Origin: a virus
Taxonomy: Duplodnaviria > Caudoviricetes
DNA length: 48,440 bases
Reading direction: 5' to 3' (one strand)
IMG/VR virus record: IMGVR_UViG_3300037501_000009
Location: 1-48,440 of that record
Below are positions 46,001 through 48,440 of the stretch, piece after piece (the first letter of the stretch is position 1; each line of letters opens with the position of its first letter). The notes under the pieces are model-generated. The model did not search any database, had not been told where the DNA came from, and saw only the letters and a list, made by a program, of their open reading frames with translations. Position numbers and translations under genes: made by a program.

Positions 46001-48440
46001 GGGTCTACGAGGTCTGGGACGAACGCTTTCTGTGGCCCGCGTCGTGTCCAAGAGGTCGTTGGGTGTGCAGCCTACCTACGACATCTGTGTCCCCGGCTAC
46101 GAGTGCTTCGTAGCGAATGACGTTCTGGTACATAACACCAACTTTATGCCGCAGAAGACACGGCAGAAGGCGTTCCAGAAGCATTTCGGGAACACCGACC
46201 GTGCCGAGACTCTGTACGCCGCGATCCAGCGGCGTATGAAGTCGCGTTTCAACCGCTTCGGTCGGATTCCCGGCATGTTGTTCATTGTGTCCTCGAAGAA
46301 TCGGAAGGACGACTTCACGGATCGGAAGGTGAAGGGATCGAAGGGCGACTCCACCGTGTTCTGTCGAGACTACGCTCTCTGGGATGTGCGTCCGGAGGAG
46401 TACTACAGCGCCAAGAGGTTCTGGGTTCTATGCGGGAACGAGAAGACGCCTTCCCGTGTTGTTGCTGATGGCGAAGACATCACGGCACTGCGAGGGGCAC
46501 TTCCCGATGACGTGGTGCTAGTAGACGTTCCAGAGGACTTCCGTCCTGACTTCGACAGCGACCTCGAAGGGTGTTTGGTAGCAGGGACGAAGATTCCGCT
46601 TCTGGATGGTACTGAGGTTGCCATCGAAGACCTCGTGGGGAGGGACGAGTTCTGGACCTACTCGTTCACTCCTGACGGGTACTTCAAGCCGGGTAGGGGT
46701 TACGATGCGCGGTTGACGCACCGGGATGTTCCCGTAGTCGAGGTCGTTCTGGATTCCGGGGAGTCTGTTTGTTGTACGCCCAACCACCCCTTCATGCTGC
46801 GTGATGGGATGTACCGGAGAGCCGACGAACTGCGACCTGCTGATAGCCTAATGCCGCTGTACCGAAGAACGGATCGGTACGGGTACGAGATGCTCAAGTC
46901 CAACGTTGGCGGTCGTTGGATCCACACGCATTCGTTCGTTGCTCGCGAGTTCTTCTGTGAGGGGTTGAGGATTCCACCTGAAAAGGTGGTGCATCACAAG
47001 GATTGCAACCCCAAGAACAACGAGCCTCTGAATCTGGAAGTGCTACTGAAGGAAGATCACTACGATCTGCACAAGAAGTTGGGGTTGGTTCTTGTTCGTC
47101 CTGACGTGAAGGCGAAGGCAGCAGAGGCCCGACGTAGGTGGTGTGAGCAGAATCCGGAGCAAGCGGACAAGAACCGCAAGGCGGCGTTGGGTGCTGCTCA
47201 CCGAGTTTTCGGTTCCTCCTACGATCATCGTCCAGTAGCTTCTCGCATTGGGCGTGAATTCGGTTTCGGCTCCAAGAATCCAACGGATCGACAGAAGGAG
47301 TCCCGTCTTCAGAACGCTCGCCTTCTTTCCGAGTGGACGAAGAAGAACAACGCGGGAGAAAGCAATCCTGCAAAGACGCCCGAAGCCCGCAGGAATAACT
47401 CCGAGAAGGCCAAGGAGCGCATGAGTCTTGTTCCGGTAGAGGTGCTTCGGGACAGGGGGAGGCGGTCCTGTCACAAGCGTTGGGGTCATTCCGGGGAATA
47501 CGAATCTTGCCCGCTCTGTTTTCCTGCGGCTTCTAACCACAAGGTCATTGAAGTTCGTACTGCGGGACGGGCTGACGTATACGACGTTTCGGTCGAACGC
47601 TGGAACAACTTCGCGTTGTCGGCGGGAGTTGTTGTCCACAACAGCATTCGGGACATCGCGGGCGTGGCGACGGTTTCGGTCTCCCCGTTCATCAACCGCA
47701 GGGACAAGATCGAGGACGCCATCGACAAGTCCCGTGAGCACCCGTTCACGAGTTTGGAACTCGACCCGGCAGAAGGGGGTTCCTTCCGGTGGGATCTCCT
47801 TGTTGGGATTCGGCAGGAGAGAACTCCGTGGGGAGAGCGCGAGGCTGTTCCTCGACCTCTTCTTCACCCGAATGCTCCTAGGAACATCCACATCGACTCA
47901 TCTCTGTCTCAGGATGCGACCGGGTTTGCGATGGGTCATGTTGCGGGGTACGTGGAAGTCATTCGGAAGATGGAGGGCGGAGGGCAGTACACGGAGCGTG
48001 CCCCGGTGATCGTCGTCGACGTTCTCCTTCGTGTTGTTCCTCCCCTCGGAGACGAGATCATGCTGTCGGACGTTCGGCAGTTGGTCTACGACCTGTCAAC
48101 GCACGGGTTCAGTATCGCGTCGATCACGATGGACTCGTACCAGAGCGCGGACGCGATCCAGAAGTTCGGGCAGAAGGGGTTCAACGCGGAGATCCTGTCG
48201 GTCGACCGGACGATGGAACCCTACGACTGCTTGAAGCTGGCGTTGTACGAAGGGCGGCTGAAGTTCTACCGGTACGAACCTCTGATGGAAGAACTCCGGG
48301 CGCTCGAACGAGACTTGATCAAGAAGAAGGTGGATCATCCCCCGGGAGGCTGCTTCGTCGGGGGGACGAGGATCCCGGTCTTGGACGGGAGTCTTCCTTT
48401 GATCGAGACCTTGGTGGGTCAGGAGATCTGGGTCTACTCC
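43071..48440 (+). CDS. terL: terminase large subunit with at least 4 inteins, 3'-truncated
   Basis: Exteins VSIEQFVNDPYYLG, GAIGWGK|T (Walker A), GGVLDE|T (Walker B), IVSS, HIDSS..DATG, MDSYQS, KVDHPPGG. The frame is open to the window end. Confidence 0.92.
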   Translation, partial: MIVEKDGRSRSIRTADEARKLLEKELSSLTPDEQAALQALLSNPEAAASIPSAMAELEYEQEPVSIEQFVNDPYYLGNTCSSLFPRLLEDLIELFDGTYHEAVFTGAIGWGKCVHLGTEIFNVGEGRRETVKQSIESGGPLSVPSVDGHGRVHGRFATATLSGRKLCIQIDLDGGQKIILSRDHPVLTGRGWVPAEQVRLDDLVATPRSVPEPVTTANVSDDVVKLVAYLLADGGCTGPTTFTNEAPEILSEFANLVGRLGDASRYDKCHQHVRPGVTKVEDGNSGKATTLRACGVRWAVWDYDLDVPSRDKRLPAEFYGLSREQVALFLNRFWSCDGSVYVNKPQKAEVTLASEGLIDDLRFLLLRLGVFSRKYHKKKSYRTEDGEKREFDAWCLTVTGVDNLLRFVQEVGPVFTKEESCVELEKVCREIKSNPNVDVVPVGLQELREIRKELGSRGARLLREFGCPKDQRLSRQRFERLCAQYSYRGKYAWLASSDIFWERVKSLADAGEHQVGDLSVPGTHSFVGNGIIVHNTFLASIGVCRILYELSCLRSPQETFGLAPGSNISLVMLSVNEQLATKVVYENITGKLQASPYFKEKFPFEITKKEMRFPNSVWVAPRASTDTSVLGLNVFGGVLDECLPEDARVLMGDGTEVLVRNIPVGRQFDITTFDFSLGKRVVASATMKRASDQEVLELVLSNSSVLRASWNHPIAVRRSEQYEFVLFRDILPGDEVVCFGKEEAEAECGDATEDRKSDAGTGVLQGDAKADERVCEASGGGRTVETSSTDAREEEPDVREAPVGRSQAENLQSEQGQETHSRSASEDVRGLQGEESPRGGVQEGACREEQDTGVSAYRGVEEEDLAFQRVEQTEGRLSVQGVRPDYEGRADRISEPVGTSGGGTSGGRSKGGTSRVRDVGCALSAGREVPVDSSRLPSVVDGRIPEGHRSEAKRLHLQREGTSEDGSRSRILRGARLGLRGLGRTLSVARVVSKRSLGVQPTYDICVPGYECFVANDVLVHNTNFMPQKTRQKAFQKHFGNTDRAETLYAAIQRRMKSRFNRFGRIPGMLFIVSSKNRKDDFTDRKVKGSKGDSTVFCRDYALWDVRPEEYYSAKRFWVLCGNEKTPSRVVADGEDITALRGALPDDVVLVDVPEDFRPDFDSDLEGCLVAGTKIPLLDGTEVAIEDLVGRDEFWTYSFTPDGYFKPGRGYDARLTHRDVPVVEVVLDSGESVCCTPNHPFMLRDGMYRRADELRPADSLMPLYRRTDRYGYEMLKSNVGGRWIHTHSFVAREFFCEGLRIPPEKVVHHKDCNPKNNEPLNLEVLLKEDHYDLHKKLGLVLVRPDVKAKAAEARRRWCEQNPEQADKNRKAALGAAHRVFGSSYDHRPVASRIGREFGFGSKNPTDRQKESRLQNARLLSEWTKKNNAGESNPAKTPEARRNNSEKAKERMSLVPVEVLRDRGRRSCHKRWGHSGEYESCPLCFPAASNHKVIEVRTAGRADVYDVSVERWNNFALSAGVVVHNSIRDIAGVATVSVSPFINRRDKIEDAIDKSREHPFTSLELDPAEGGSFRWDLLVGIRQERTPWGEREAVPRPLLHPNAPRNIHIDSSLSQDATGFAMGHVAGYVEVIRKMEGGGQYTERAPVIVVDVLLRVVPPLGDEIMLSDVRQLVYDLSTHGFSIASITMDSYQSADAIQKFGQKGFNAEILSVDRTMEPYDCLKLALYEGRLKFYRYEPLMEELRALERDLIKKKVDHPPGGCFVGGTRIPVLDGSLPLIETLVGQEIWVYS
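43407..44675 (+). mobile_element. intein 1 (423 aa, LAGLIDADG endonuclease)
   Basis: GK|CVHLGTEI ... HPVLT ... AYLLADG ... FWSCDG ... GIIVHN|T. Confidence 0.92.
44994..46136 (+). mobile_element. intein 2 (381 aa) with out-of-frame endonuclease
   Basis: DE|CLPEDARV ... SWNHPI ... TYDICV..FVANDVLVHN|T. Confidence 0.92.
45286..46113 (+). CDS. NUMOD3-repeat + TnsA-like PD-(D/E)XK endonuclease in the +1 frame inside intein 2
   Basis: GAGGTG RBS + TTG; repeats SAETRQKIA / SKETRRRMS / NPMFGK / HTVEARRKMS; FRSLWE..YE..PDF..IEVKP. Confidence 0.85.
   Translation: MGRKRRKQSAETRQKIARAMRGRVFSKETRRRMSESAKRRAAEGRLKPPPPMRGKKNPMFGKRLSDEAKQRISRANKGRKHTVEARRKMSEACRGKKVHAEEFKKALAERNRTRVFRHTEASKKKISRSSVWNRRKGDFRYKGYVQTTKGGRIGFRSLWELRAVELLEADPKVERVEYETLAVPYQRDGKSRWTLPDFRVWLTDGSQKVIEVKPRGFTYNAKERAKMGAARAFCEERGWVYEVWDERFLWPASCPRGRWVCSLPTTSVSPATSAS
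46572..47642 (+). mobile_element. intein 3 (357 aa, HNH endonuclease)
   Basis: LEG|CLVAGTKI ... TPNHPF ... VVHHKDCNPKNNEPLNL ... GVVVHN|S. Confidence 0.92.
48351..48440 (+). mobile_element. intein 4, N-terminal part
   Basis: DHPPGG|CFVGGTRIPVLDG..IETLVG block A. Confidence 0.8.

Noticed and set aside
327-47891. Numerous long minus-strand ORFs (e.g. 1151-2476, 8820-10079, 22448-23749, 35406-36503)
   Set aside because: They are shadows of GC-rich + strand genes or RNA genes and contain no recognisable motifs.
1-48440. Genome-wide stop-codon reassignment
   Set aside because: Many intact genes end in TAG or TGA with tight coupling to the next gene; only isolated in-frame stops occur.

Overview
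A 48 kb segment of a large, GC-rich dsDNA tailed phage; almost every gene lies on the + strand. About 1-20 kb is an accessory region under repeated sigma70-type promoters. It encodes an RNA-repair and translation set (Rnl5-type RNA ligase, Hen1, RlaP-type nucleotidyltransferase, three tRNAs, tmRNA), a broken Dam methylase, free-standing HNH/EndoVII nucleases and an amidase. The most notable locus is an RNA-guided TIGR-Tas system: a nuclease-less Nop/IS110-like Tas gene (14555-15535), a separate HNH gene, then ten 36-nt dual-spacer units (16074-16442). About 20-39 kb is replication and recombination: a MoxR-vWA pair, an HTH initiator with internal iterons, DnaC, DnaB, primase, a gp32-like SSB split by a group I intron carrying an HNH, an SF2 helicase, RecA, a Cas4-like nuclease, RuvC and an SSB. 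The window ends in a large terminase carrying at least four inteins; one of them hides a complete endonuclease gene in the +1 frame. All calls come from reading motifs by eye; no database searches were run.
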